From assembly GCA_951813565.1 (NCBI GenBank), contig OX638351.1, forward strand, positions 5,152,001 through 5,216,000: a stretch of 64,000 nucleotides of DNA. Reading direction: 5' to 3'. Positions 20,108 to 29,722 of the stretch are shown piece after piece. The position numbers were made by a program, and so were the translations under genes. Under the pieces are notes generated by a model, which made no database searches, was not told the DNA's origin, and was given only the letters and a program-made list of their open reading frames with translations. The DNA is from an uncultured Poribacteria bacterium (GTDB taxonomy: Bacteria > Poribacteria > WGA-4E > WGA-3G). How positions within the stretch are numbered: the stretch's first letter is position 1; the number at the start of each line of letters is the position of its first letter.

Positions 20108-20395
20108 ATGCATGTTATAAGTAAAAAGACACTGCGCGAATTTTGGGAAAAATATCCGGACAGTCAATCTCCGCTTAGACGTTGGTTCAAACTCATGAGC
20201 AAAAATTCGTTCGGAAGTTTTATTGAATTGCGCGCAGTGTTTCCAAGTGTCGATCTTGTAGATGATTTAATCGTGTTTAACATCAGTGGTAATAAGTATC
20301 GCTTGATTGCCTCTATCCATTTCAATCGCGGAAAGGTATATGTTCGCCATGTGTTAACGCATGAAGAATATGATAAGGAAGGATGGAAAAGATGA
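20108..20395 (+). CDS. higB: Type II toxin, HigB family mRNA interferase
   Basis: MHVISKKTLREFW...VFNISGNKYRLIA...LTHEEYDK. Confidence 0.9.
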   Translation: MHVISKKTLREFWEKYPDSQSPLRRWFKLMSKNSFGSFIELRAVFPSVDLVDDLIVFNISGNKYRLIASIHFNRGKVYVRHVLTHEEYDKEGWKR

Positions 20396-20790
20396 ACTTC
20401 ATTGCTGAAGATTTCCAAACACATTGGCACGTTGTGCAACCACTCTTTTTAATTCGTAATGAGAAAGAATACGATAAAGCCGTTATCGTCCTAAACGAGC
20501 TGATTGACGAAGTAGGGACCAATGAAAAACACCCACTCTATGGACTACTTGATACGCTTGGTACAGTGATACATGCCTATGAAGATAAACACCACCCAAT
20601 TCCCGAATGTAGCGGTGTTGAAATGTTACAATTTTTAATGGAGGAACATCAACTTGAACCTTCAGATTTGCCTGAACTCGGCACCCCAGATACTGTTTCG
20701 GAAATCCTTGAAGGTGAACGTGATTTAACAGTCAAAAACATTCATGCTTTAGCAGCAAGGTTTCAGGTTGTCCCTGTGGTATTTGTATGA
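20392..20790 (+). CDS. higA: HigA family antitoxin with HTH domain
   Basis: IRNEKEYDKA...AYEDKH...LQFLMEEH...VSEILEGERDLT; ATGA overlap with the toxin (alternative start 20383). Confidence 0.88.
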   Translation: MNFIAEDFQTHWHVVQPLFLIRNEKEYDKAVIVLNELIDEVGTNEKHPLYGLLDTLGTVIHAYEDKHHPIPECSGVEMLQFLMEEHQLEPSDLPELGTPDTVSEILEGERDLTVKNIHALAARFQVVPVVFV

Positions 20791-20856
20791 CCATTTAAAA
20801 TTCGTTTGAGAAATATACAAATGTTAGGTTAAACTTGCCTAAAAGGAGATTAAGTT

Positions 20857-22071
20857 ATGATACGTTTACATTTCCGACAATCTTCAATTGCAATGCTTGT
20901 TGTCGTCTTTGTGCTTTCCTTAACGGTCTCTTGGAACGCAACAGCACAAGAAACTATGTCGAGCCTTTCCGGCAAAGTAATAGATGAAGAAGGGAAGCCG
21001 GTTTCAGGTCTCAAACTCGCCATTAAACCTGTTAAGGTTAGCACGCAAATTGTCATGCAAGCCCGCAAGCCTTTTTTATCCTGGTTACGATCAGTGACTG
21101 ACACTGAAGGACGTTTCTCTTTTCTTAACATTGATCCTGTTTCATCACAATTTGCGATGTTTCCTGAACATGGGTCTGATTATGAAATTATATCCATTTC
21201 AATCGGCGATTTAACCTTCCATTCCATAGCGTTTCGTAGTACATTGCCAACATCGTTTGGAAAACTGACCTTTGCAGTTGAAAAAGGTGAGCACCTTGAA
21301 AATGTAATTGTTAACGTAAAAACGCCACGGACGAGGATCCGTGGACGAGTTCTGTTACAAGATGGAACACCGCTTGCTAATGCAGAAGTTCCACTCACAG
21401 TCAGTAATTATCGCCGTTCTCCAGGAGGTAGAGGCGGCGGTGGAAGTACAGGATACACTGTAAGTACAGATAACCAAGGATATTTTGTATCATATAATGC
21501 AGAAGCACCTGCAGAGAACACAGTGAAGATGAAGTATAAAGGGATGGTCTTACAGTCAGAAAAGATAATCCTAAACGAGGGGGAACGTTACGATGACCTC
21601 GTGTTTGTCCTCAAAAACATTGATAGAATGAAAGTACTACAGGGAATCTGGTTAGCGAATCCTGCCAATGGACACGGATACAAAAAAATTGAATGTGATA
21701 GTTGGGAGGATGCTAAAGCAAAAGCTGCAGCTTTAAACGCACATCTCGTCGCTATTAATGACGAAGCGGAACAGAAATGGTTGGAAGGGCTTTTTTCTGA
21801 AAAATCGTTTTTTTGGATCGGATTGAGCATGCCGGAAAACGAGGATTCATGGCAGTGGGATAATGGACAACCGCTCACCTATACAAATTGGAGAAATTCT
21901 CAGAAACTTGATTCCGCTCCCGCTGGTGAAAGCAAAGAACCTTTCGCAATGGGATTCTATTCAAAAAAATGGATGGTAATTGGACCTAAAAGTCCATTCT
22001 TGTCCTCAGTGAAGCATGCAATCCTTGAAAAAGAGGGATTAAATGTGCCTACGCCCCAAGTAGAAAAGTAA
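20857..22071 (+). CDS. Secreted protein with carboxypeptidase-regulatory-like beta domains and a C-terminal C-type lectin-like domain
   Basis: Signal peptide; SGKVIDEEGKPV, TDTEGRF; NGHGY..SWEDA..AHLVAIND.AEQ.W..FWIGL..WQWDNG..YTNW. Confidence 0.78.
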   Translation: MIRLHFRQSSIAMLVVVFVLSLTVSWNATAQETMSSLSGKVIDEEGKPVSGLKLAIKPVKVSTQIVMQARKPFLSWLRSVTDTEGRFSFLNIDPVSSQFAMFPEHGSDYEIISISIGDLTFHSIAFRSTLPTSFGKLTFAVEKGEHLENVIVNVKTPRTRIRGRVLLQDGTPLANAEVPLTVSNYRRSPGGRGGGGSTGYTVSTDNQGYFVSYNAEAPAENTVKMKYKGMVLQSEKIILNEGERYDDLVFVLKNIDRMKVLQGIWLANPANGHGYKKIECDSWEDAKAKAAALNAHLVAINDEAEQKWLEGLFSEKSFFWIGLSMPENEDSWQWDNGQPLTYTNWRNSQKLDSAPAGESKEPFAMGFYSKKWMVIGPKSPFLSSVKHAILEKEGLNVPTPQVEK

Positions 22072-22141
22072 ATGCACGTAGTCTACCGTTGCACTTATTT
22101 CTTAACAATGACTTTTAGTGAACGCTAAGGAGGAATTTATC

Positions 22142-23578
22142 ATGACTCTTTTACACATCCGCAAAAATACCTTTATAGTGTTAATAGTTCTCAGTGTGTT
22201 ATTCCTTGCTGTCGCAAATAATAGTCCTGCTGAAGAAAATCCATCAACCTTAACTGGACGCGTTATAACTGCAAAAGGTGAACCTATTGCTGAAACACCT
22301 ATTGTGCTTTTTCACGTCAAGATTAGAGACGTGGGAGGCATAGAAACTATTTACGATAAGACGCTGTATCCCTTTCTACGGCAGCGACCATCTCCACCGC
22401 CCAATATGCCAGCCCATGTCCGCCAACGTATGATGGGAAAAGTCCCTAATGAACAAGAAAAACAAACTCGCCCACCTTTTCTAAAAACTGTTACAGATTC
22501 AGAAGGACGTTTCACTTTTGCAGAGATAGCCTCTGGATTGGCCCAAATCATGGTCTTGCATACCAAACCTCCGAAGAAAAAGCCAGCACCGCCAGGTCGT
22601 GAGCATCTCAATTATACGCCGCCACCAGCGATAAAATCTATTAAGTTCGGCAAAGTTACGTTCTATCCGCATGAATTCTCTTTCTCTCCTGAAACTGGTG
22701 GCGTTACATTTGCTATCAAACCTGGGGCAAAAATAGAAAATATAGCAGTAATAATGGGAACTAATGTGAGAAATCAACTAACGGTTCAAGGCAAAATCGT
22801 ATTCAAAGATGGTACACCGCTTGCAAACGGATCCCTTAAAGTCAATATAGGAATGTTGGATGTAGGGGATACAGAAGGAGATGTCTTCAGCCGTCCGATA
22901 CAGACTGATGCAAATGGAGACTTCCGACTCTCCGTGTTCATACCCGGAATTTATTCTTTGTCAATTGAATACCTGGGCCTCTCTGCAATCGCAGATATGT
23001 TTATCCTAAAAGAAGGTGAAGAATATAAAGGTTTGGTGATAACACTGGACGGTAATGCTGACGAACTTGCTGACCCATCTCCAGAAAACGACGAGACAGA
23101 GAAGAATCGTTATCGCTACGAACCCGATATTCCAAAGGTCTGGATAGTTAATCCAGAGAATGGTCATGCTTACAAGGCAATTCGGTGCGAAAACAGGGAA
23201 GATGCACGAACCCAAGCAGAGGCTGAATCGGCACATCTCGTTACCATTACCAGTGAAGCAGAACAGGTATGGCTTGAAGTTGTCTTTAAGGACGAACCGT
23301 ATTGGCTCGGCTTGATCTATGTTCCTTTTGGAAGTAAATGGTTTTGGGAGACTGGCGAACCCCTAACATATACCAATTGGACTTTGGATGACAAGATTGG
23401 ACAGCGTCTTCCCAATTTACCTGCTAACATTCCAGGTATGGAAAGACACTACGCCATCATGTCAAAAAAAGGCGATTGGAATGCTGTTGCTTTAAAAGGT
23501 CCATTTGAAGTCAGAACGCAAACGGCAATTATAGAAAGAGATGGATTTCGCGCCAAGAAATTGGACAATATAAAATAA
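22142..23578 (+). CDS. Paralogous secreted protein with C-type lectin-like domain
   Basis: AGGAGG RBS; same architecture; NGHAY..AHLVTI..YWLGL..YTNW. Confidence 0.78.
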   Translation: MTLLHIRKNTFIVLIVLSVLFLAVANNSPAEENPSTLTGRVITAKGEPIAETPIVLFHVKIRDVGGIETIYDKTLYPFLRQRPSPPPNMPAHVRQRMMGKVPNEQEKQTRPPFLKTVTDSEGRFTFAEIASGLAQIMVLHTKPPKKKPAPPGREHLNYTPPPAIKSIKFGKVTFYPHEFSFSPETGGVTFAIKPGAKIENIAVIMGTNVRNQLTVQGKIVFKDGTPLANGSLKVNIGMLDVGDTEGDVFSRPIQTDANGDFRLSVFIPGIYSLSIEYLGLSAIADMFILKEGEEYKGLVITLDGNADELADPSPENDETEKNRYRYEPDIPKVWIVNPENGHAYKAIRCENREDARTQAEAESAHLVTITSEAEQVWLEVVFKDEPYWLGLIYVPFGSKWFWETGEPLTYTNWTLDDKIGQRLPNLPANIPGMERHYAIMSKKGDWNAVALKGPFEVRTQTAIIERDGFRAKKLDNIK

Positions 23579-23579
23579 A

Positions 23580-25430
23580 TTGATTATGGAAACACACTAT
23601 TCTCAACTTAGCAAATATCTATATGTTCATCACGGACATGTCAATACCGGTATTCTTCGTGATGGAAACAGCGCGCTTCTCATTGATCCAAGTGGGACAT
23701 CTTTTCAAACAACGCTCACTGAATTAGGAATTACCAACATAGAACAGATTTTATATACCCATCACCACAGGGACAATTTAGCGGTGTTTTCGATTCCAGA
23801 AAATACCCGTATCGGTGTTCCAGAGGCTGAGGCACAATGGTTTACAGAGGTAGATACCTTTTGGAACGATCCAAAATACAGATGGCATCTCTACAACTGC
23901 CACCCGCACAATCTCATGCTTGCCAATTCAATCAATGTGACAGATACCTACGCTGAAGGCGCACAGATTACGTGGGGCCCCGCATCCATAGGAGTGCTTG
24001 AAACACCCGGACACACCGATGGCAGTGTCACCTATCTTATTGACGTTGATGAACAACGTTTTGCTTTTTCGGGCGATCTCATCTACGACGAGGGCAAAAT
24101 ATGGGATCTTTATAGCTTACAAAAGGGACAACAGACCACCGACTATCATGGATTTTTGGGTGCGCGAGATGAACTAAAAGAAAGTCTTGAAAAGGTTCGC
24201 TATTCATCGCCAACGGTACTTGTCCCTACACACGGTGTTGTCATCAAAAATCCTGATACTGCAATTGACAAACTCATTGAGCAATTGGATTTTTGTTATG
24301 ATAAATATGTGTCAATCTCTGCCCTCCGCCATTATTTTCCGCAATTGTTTTCCGAATTTGAGGGAAACGCTGACCACATGCCTATCCGAGAGGGCAAGCC
24401 TCCACCCGAATTTCTGCGTCACTTCGGTACAACGTGGCTGATTATTTCCGAGACAGGTGAAGCGTTTGTGATGGATTGTGGTTCACCAAATGTCATCAAA
24501 CAGATTCAGCAGTTGCAGACAGACAACGAAATTTCGGAGGTTACGCAGTTTTGGGTGACGCACTACCACGATGACCACGTTAATGCTATCCCCGAATTTC
24601 AAGAAACCTTTCCGTGCGAAACAATTGCTGATACCGTTGTTACTGAAGTGATAGAAAATCCAAAGGCTTTCAGACTTCCTTGCATTTCACCTGCTGTTAC
24701 ATGCGTAGATCGTGCCACACATGATGGCGACTCATGGCAATGGAATGAATTCACGATGACTGCCTATCATTTTCCGGGACAGACCTATTATCATGGTGGA
24801 TTGCTTGTAGAGGGACGTGGCGTAAAGATGTTTTTTTCTGGTGATTCCTTCACGATGGCAGGGATTGACGATTACTGTTCTGGCAATAGGAATCTGCTCG
24901 GCAAGGATGTCGGCTACGAAAAGTGTCTGCGTCTAATTCAGGAACTCAAACCGACACATATTTTCAACTGCCATGTTGATCCCGCGTTTGATTTCACCGA
25001 CAAAGAGATTGGCTTTATGTTGGATACCCTTGCCGAACGCGAAAAATTCTATACCGATCTCTTTCCTTGGGACCACGCAAACTACGGCATGGATGATCAG
25101 TGGGTGCGATGCTATCCTTATGAACAGGAAGTCGCCCTTGGAAAAATAGCAACATTAAAAGTTGAGATAACTAACCACTCTCTTGAGTCTCACACAGCAA
25201 TCGCCCAACCGATTCTCCCGACATCGTGGGGTATTGAGATTGATCCAACGGAAACAACTATCCCACCGAAAGCAGATGGACATATCCCATTTTCTATTCC
25301 GATACCTAAAGTAGGATCCATATTTGGTAGCGAAATTTCGGAACGAATTGTAATCCCTGTTGAAATCACCTATAATAACATACCACTCGGGCAATTTCGT
25401 GAAGCGATCTTTGTTCTCACGGGAGGTTAA
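23580..25430 (+). CDS. Metallo-beta-lactamase-fold hydrolase with two MBL domains
   Basis: THHHRD, TPGHT, FSGD; second set THYHDDH, FPGQT, FSGD. Confidence 0.85.
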   Translation: MIMETHYSQLSKYLYVHHGHVNTGILRDGNSALLIDPSGTSFQTTLTELGITNIEQILYTHHHRDNLAVFSIPENTRIGVPEAEAQWFTEVDTFWNDPKYRWHLYNCHPHNLMLANSINVTDTYAEGAQITWGPASIGVLETPGHTDGSVTYLIDVDEQRFAFSGDLIYDEGKIWDLYSLQKGQQTTDYHGFLGARDELKESLEKVRYSSPTVLVPTHGVVIKNPDTAIDKLIEQLDFCYDKYVSISALRHYFPQLFSEFEGNADHMPIREGKPPPEFLRHFGTTWLIISETGEAFVMDCGSPNVIKQIQQLQTDNEISEVTQFWVTHYHDDHVNAIPEFQETFPCETIADTVVTEVIENPKAFRLPCISPAVTCVDRATHDGDSWQWNEFTMTAYHFPGQTYYHGGLLVEGRGVKMFFSGDSFTMAGIDDYCSGNRNLLGKDVGYEKCLRLIQELKPTHIFNCHVDPAFDFTDKEIGFMLDTLAEREKFYTDLFPWDHANYGMDDQWVRCYPYEQEVALGKIATLKVEITNHSLESHTAIAQPILPTSWGIEIDPTETTIPPKADGHIPFSIPIPKVGSIFGSEISERIVIPVEITYNNIPLGQFREAIFVLTGG

Positions 25431-25436
25431 AAATCT

Positions 25437-25856
25437 GTGCTAAACCTATCACACCCAACAGTTGACATAGCAATAACATGTAGTAATTTTGAGGAGTCAT
25501 TAGACTTCTATCACAACAAATTGGGCTTTGAAATTGTGTTGGACTTAGAGATTCCGGATGTGTTAGCCCAAGATATAGGACTTGCCCCAACAGGTTTTCG
25601 GCAAGTTCGCCTCAAAGCAGGCAACACGCTTATTAAACTAATGGATATTGAATCGCCACCACCCACACCAACGGACGAATTCTCCGCGGGCGTCCGATGG
25701 CTCACCTTTTTTGTTGTGGATATTCAGAAAACTGTTGAAAACTTGAAACAGAAAGGTGTTGAATTCCTGTCTGAACCGATAAGTGCACCTGATGCAGCAG
25801 GCGTCGTGTGTGCGAAAGACCCTGATGGCATTCTAATCGAACTTGTGCAGATATAA
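25437..25856 (+). CDS. VOC/glyoxalase family protein
   Basis: SLDFYHNKLGF...KDPDGILIEL. Confidence 0.88.
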   Translation: MLNLSHPTVDIAITCSNFEESLDFYHNKLGFEIVLDLEIPDVLAQDIGLAPTGFRQVRLKAGNTLIKLMDIESPPPTPTDEFSAGVRWLTFFVVDIQKTVENLKQKGVEFLSEPISAPDAAGVVCAKDPDGILIELVQI

Positions 25857-25864
25857 GAGGGACT

Positions 25865-26746
25865 ATGAAGGCATTAACCGATTCCCAAATTCATGACTTT
25901 AAGGAAAATGGCTATCTACTTATTGAAGACACACTCGCTCCGGATGATTTGAATCCGCTCATTACGGAGTTTGAAGAAATTGTAGATACAGGGGCATCAC
26001 AACTCTACGCAGACAGTGAGCTCAACTCCGAATTCAAAACGGAAGGTTTTGATACGCGATTAGCAAAAATCACTGAACAATCCCCCGTTGTGTTCCAAAA
26101 GGTGTTTAGTGGTGCACACACCGGACCTGCGCTCTTTGATCTACTCATCAATCCAAAACTACTTGATATTGCAGAGTCACTCGTTGGACCGGAGATAATG
26201 TGTCATCCGGCATATCGGGTTCGTCTAAAACTGCCAGAACATGACCGAACTCTTGTCCCGTGGCATCAAGATGCTGGCTATATGGAACCTAAATGTGATT
26301 CAGTTTTACAACTCACAATCTGGATTCCTCTGATTGATGCCACCGTAGAAAATGGCTGCCTTGAAGTTATTCCGCATGTGCATCGTGATGGTGTTTTCCG
26401 ACATCAACACTCAGAACGTTTTTATCTTGAAATACCGGATGATGCTTTGCCAGAAGTTGAACCGGTTGTCGTTCCTGTGAAGTTTGGCAGTGTCCTTTTG
26501 CTTACCAATCTAACACCGCACCGTTCCATTCCAAATGTTAGCAATCAGGTACGATGGAGCGTTGATTCACGCTATCAGGACGCTGCAAAACCGACTGGTT
26601 ATCAACCAGAAGCGGGTTTTCTGGCACGCAGTCAACTACATCCTAATGATGTTGTTACTACACCTGAAGAATTCAAGCGGGTTCGTGAAGAACATCAACC
26701 CGGTCCAGGTCCGAATAGATGGGCAAAGGAGAATAGTGATGCGTAA
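25865..26746 (+). CDS. PhyH-family Fe(II)/2-oxoglutarate dioxygenase
   Basis: FKENGYL, PWHQD, WIPL.DAT.ENGCL, PHRS..N, RWS (canonical HxD...H). Confidence 0.9.
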   Translation: MKALTDSQIHDFKENGYLLIEDTLAPDDLNPLITEFEEIVDTGASQLYADSELNSEFKTEGFDTRLAKITEQSPVVFQKVFSGAHTGPALFDLLINPKLLDIAESLVGPEIMCHPAYRVRLKLPEHDRTLVPWHQDAGYMEPKCDSVLQLTIWIPLIDATVENGCLEVIPHVHRDGVFRHQHSERFYLEIPDDALPEVEPVVVPVKFGSVLLLTNLTPHRSIPNVSNQVRWSVDSRYQDAAKPTGYQPEAGFLARSQLHPNDVVTTPEEFKRVREEHQPGPGPNRWAKENSDA

Positions 26747-27230
26747 TTTCAATTGGTTATCTCCATTCTTTATCGTTCTTGTCTTACTTATGAGCGGTGC
26801 AAAACCTGCAACCGAAGTGCCGAAACCGAAAGACGTTGAACTCCACGGCAAAATCGTCTGTTTAGCGGAAGAGATGCACACGCATTATAAGGTTGAACTC
26901 TCTGGAGAACATGAACATCTGGACGGTGTCAAGACCAAGGATGGAAAATACTATACCTTTCTACGTACATCGTTATCCGAGGCGCTGTTTGTTGACAAAC
27001 GCCTGCACGAGAAAGATCTGATTATCAATGGTCGCGTCTTTCCGAAAACACAGTTGTTGGAGGTTACGCGTATTAGGTCAATTCGCGATGGTGTTGTACA
27101 TGAACTCTACTACTACTGTGATACGTGCTATATCCGCGCAGTTGCGCCGGGAAATTGTGATTGTTGTCAAGCACCAGTAGTTTTGATAGAAAGACCGCTA
27201 AATGTTGATTCCTTAATACCCTCCCCTTAA
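26739..27230 (+). CDS. Exported hypothetical protein with C-terminal Cys cluster (putative metal binding)
   Basis: AAGGAG RBS, signal peptide, CDTC...PGNCDCC. Confidence 0.65.
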   Translation: MRNFNWLSPFFIVLVLLMSGAKPATEVPKPKDVELHGKIVCLAEEMHTHYKVELSGEHEHLDGVKTKDGKYYTFLRTSLSEALFVDKRLHEKDLIINGRVFPKTQLLEVTRIRSIRDGVVHELYYYCDTCYIRAVAPGNCDCCQAPVVLIERPLNVDSLIPSP

Positions 27231-27235
27231 TTCAT

Positions 27236-27265
27236 TTGCATCTCGCCAAAAGTGCATGTTATAAT
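27236..27265 (+). promoter_or_regulatory. Putative sigma70 promoter
   Basis: TTGCAT-18 nt-TATAAT with extended -10 TG. Confidence 0.5.
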
Positions 27266-27328
27266 AGCCATGAGTTCTTGTATAGCGTATTAACACGTCT
27301 CCGTCACCCAACGCTATCCATGACAATC

Positions 27329-27491
27329 AGGACTTACGCAATTTTCTCGACTTTGCGGTAATTATGGCAAAATGGTGTAATTTTTAGCAAAATTCTGAAT
27401 TATCAGCACGTTTACAAAACGCCAAATCAAGAAATCAACGGTATGAACGCCATTTAGGCATTCCCCGCCTACCACTTGTGTGTAAGTCCTG
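27329..27491. mobile_element. MITE-like element
   Basis: Terminal inverted repeats CAGGACTTACGCA / TGTGTAAGTCCTG (12/13 match); no convincing coding capacity. Confidence 0.65.
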
Positions 27492-27617
27492 TAAAATGAA
27501 ACTGTGTCAATCACAGATTTGTAATAATAAACGAACCTTTTCTGACAAAATCGGTCAAATATAACAAAATAGAATAAAAAACACACATAAACAGATAAAT
27601 TAAAATAGGAGAAAACC

Positions 27618-27959
27618 ATGAAAACTCAAGTTCGCGAGAAAAATGGCATCACGATTTTGGAACCCAATGGAAAAATAATGGGAAACTCCGTATCAGAATT
27701 CAAAAAAACAATCTCGCCGCAGATAGAGGCTTCCAATAAACCGCGTATCCTCATCAATCTTGAGGGAGTTGATAAGATGGACAGTTCAGGGCTTGGTGTC
27801 CTTATCGGTGCGTATGCTGCTGCGAGACAAAAGCAAGGTCGTATAGGGATTATCCATGTTGGGAAAAGCATCAAAAACCTGATTGTGATTAGTAAGCTTG
27901 TGAGGCTCTTTGAACATTTTGACACTGAGGAGGCTGCACTCTCTGCACTGGCAGCTTGA
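27618..27959 (+). CDS. STAS-domain anti-sigma-factor antagonist
   Basis: INLEGVDKMDSSGLGVL phosphoacceptor motif; AGGAG RBS. Confidence 0.9.
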   Translation: MKTQVREKNGITILEPNGKIMGNSVSEFKKTISPQIEASNKPRILINLEGVDKMDSSGLGVLIGAYAAARQKQGRIGIIHVGKSIKNLIVISKLVRLFEHFDTEEAALSALAA

Positions 27960-28252
27960 TAGACCCATCCTATTTTGGAGCGTCCATAGTTTTGCTATGT
28001 GACGCTCCAAACTTTTTAAACGCAACAGATTTTTATTTGAATGTATCGCTAACCCACACAATTACCCACCGAACTTTTCCCGAAAAACTATATCTACTGT
28101 CTGTTTCTAAATATTCTGTAGGACGGACGTCAACTTAAGCACATAATTATCGGATTATCTATTGTTGGAGGACTTTGTCCGCCCGATTTCCTTTCAGTAG
28201 TACTGCTTTCTTGTAGTGACGGTCTCTGGGACAGCCTGTTGTTTCCAAACTT

Positions 28253-28366
28253 TATAGTAAAATCCAATAATATGTTCACATTTCAATGAACAGCAATTCC
28301 CACACGCATGCGCTGGCGAGGTTTCCTAACCTCGCCAATGTAAAGGTAATTGTGAATTTTACTATA
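28253..28366. mobile_element. MITE-like element (TATAGT...ACTATA family) with a REP-like hairpin inside
   Basis: TATAGTAAAAT / ATTTTACTATA inverted ends; internal ggcgaggtt-tcct-aacctcgcc. Confidence 0.55.
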
Positions 28367-28525
28367 AAACATAGCATGTGATTGCATGCAGAAAACCAAA
28401 CACTGAATGTTTCTGTGTTTTTAGAAATGTAGCAAAATATTCTGGATAATGTGATATAATGTTGTAAAGAGTGAGTTTGGTAATGATCAGGTTTATTGGG
28501 TTCCCTGAAGTCTAAAGGAGGAAGC

Positions 28526-29719
28526 ATGCAAAAACGCCCAAAAATTGCTGCAATTGCGACAATATACCATAAATATTCACACGCGCAACACATCGTTGAC
28601 CGGTTTTTGGAAGGATACGGATGGAATAGCAGACACCACTACCCACCGATGGACCTTGTCTCGCTATACGTTGAACAGGTCAAAGAGAATGACCTTAGCA
28701 GCGACCGATTAGAACGTTTTCCCACAATGAAAGGATATCCAACTATCGCGGAGGCACTCACGCTCGGCGGCGAGGAATTGGCTGTTGACGGTGTGCTGCT
28801 CATCGGTGAACACGGCGAATATCCCAGCAATGAAAAGGGACAACGTCTCTATCCACGCTATGAACACTTCAAGCAGATGGTTGAGGTGTTTGAACGAAGC
28901 GGACGTGGTGTGCCGATATTCAACGATAAACATCTTTCATGGAATTGGGAGTGGGCGCGTGAGATGTACGACATCTCTCAAGATATGGACTTCGCTTTTA
29001 TGGCGGGGTCATCGTTACCAGTTACGTGGCGCACGCCTTCAATTGACATGCCGCTTGGTGTTCCAGTTTCAGAGGCAGTGTGTGTCGGCTACGGCGGTGT
29101 AGATAGTTACGATTTCCACGCCTTAGAAACCTTACAGTGTATGGTAGAACGGCGCGAAGGTGGCGAAAGCGGTGTGAAGTGGCTACAGGCATATCGTGGC
29201 GATGCGTTTTGGCAAGCGCATCATACCGAACTATGGCCGCGAGAACTCTTTGAATCTGCGCTCTGTCGGAGTCATACGCTTACACCATCACGTCCTGGGT
29301 TTAACAATCCGTTTCCAACGTTGGACGAAATGAAGGAGATTGTAAAAGACCCAATTGCATATCAATATGAACATAACGATGGCATCAAGTCTACGATGAT
29401 TCTGATGAACGGATTAGTGCAGGACTTTAACTTTGCCGCTTATATCGGGTCGGAAAACGAAATTCTTTCAACACAGATGTATCTGCCGATGCCACCTGCA
29501 CGGACGACGTTGGCGAACTTCTTTTCACCGTTGGTTAACAATATTGAGAAAATGTTTTTGACTGGCGAGGCAACTTATCCCGTTGAACGCACGCTTTTGA
29601 CGACAGGACTCGTTGCGGCAGGTGTTGATAGTCTCTTTGCTGATAGTGTGAGGCAAGAAACGCCGCATTTAGATATTGCCTATCAAGCCACTGAAGAATC
29701 AACCTTCTGGAGGACATAA
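28526..29719 (+). CDS. Conserved hypothetical protein, Gfo/Idh/MocA-like oxidoreductase fold (tentative)
   Basis: AAGGAGG RBS; YPTIAEAL, VDGVLLIGEHG.YP, PIFNDKHL, AGSSLP, YDFHALE. Confidence 0.7.
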   Translation: MQKRPKIAAIATIYHKYSHAQHIVDRFLEGYGWNSRHHYPPMDLVSLYVEQVKENDLSSDRLERFPTMKGYPTIAEALTLGGEELAVDGVLLIGEHGEYPSNEKGQRLYPRYEHFKQMVEVFERSGRGVPIFNDKHLSWNWEWAREMYDISQDMDFAFMAGSSLPVTWRTPSIDMPLGVPVSEAVCVGYGGVDSYDFHALETLQCMVERREGGESGVKWLQAYRGDAFWQAHHTELWPRELFESALCRSHTLTPSRPGFNNPFPTLDEMKEIVKDPIAYQYEHNDGIKSTMILMNGLVQDFNFAAYIGSENEILSTQMYLPMPPARTTLANFFSPLVNNIEKMFLTGEATYPVERTLLTTGLVAAGVDSLFADSVRQETPHLDIAYQATEESTFWRT

Positions 29720-29722
29720 GAT

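Noticed and set aside
20857..23578. Lectin-domain genes or the WD40 array as diversity-generating retroelement targets
   Set aside because: No reverse transcriptase and no template/variable repeat pair with adenine-specific differences seen in the window.
26535..26738. Long upstream extensions of several ORFs (26535, 18246, 18651, 12045, 63970)
   Set aside because: They overlap neighbouring genes or lack an RBS; downstream starts with SD or signal peptides fit better.
27618..28138. Selenocysteine readthrough of TGA-ending genes such as the STAS gene
   Set aside because: Proteins appear complete at the TGA; no Cys-homologous context or convincing SECIS seen by eye.
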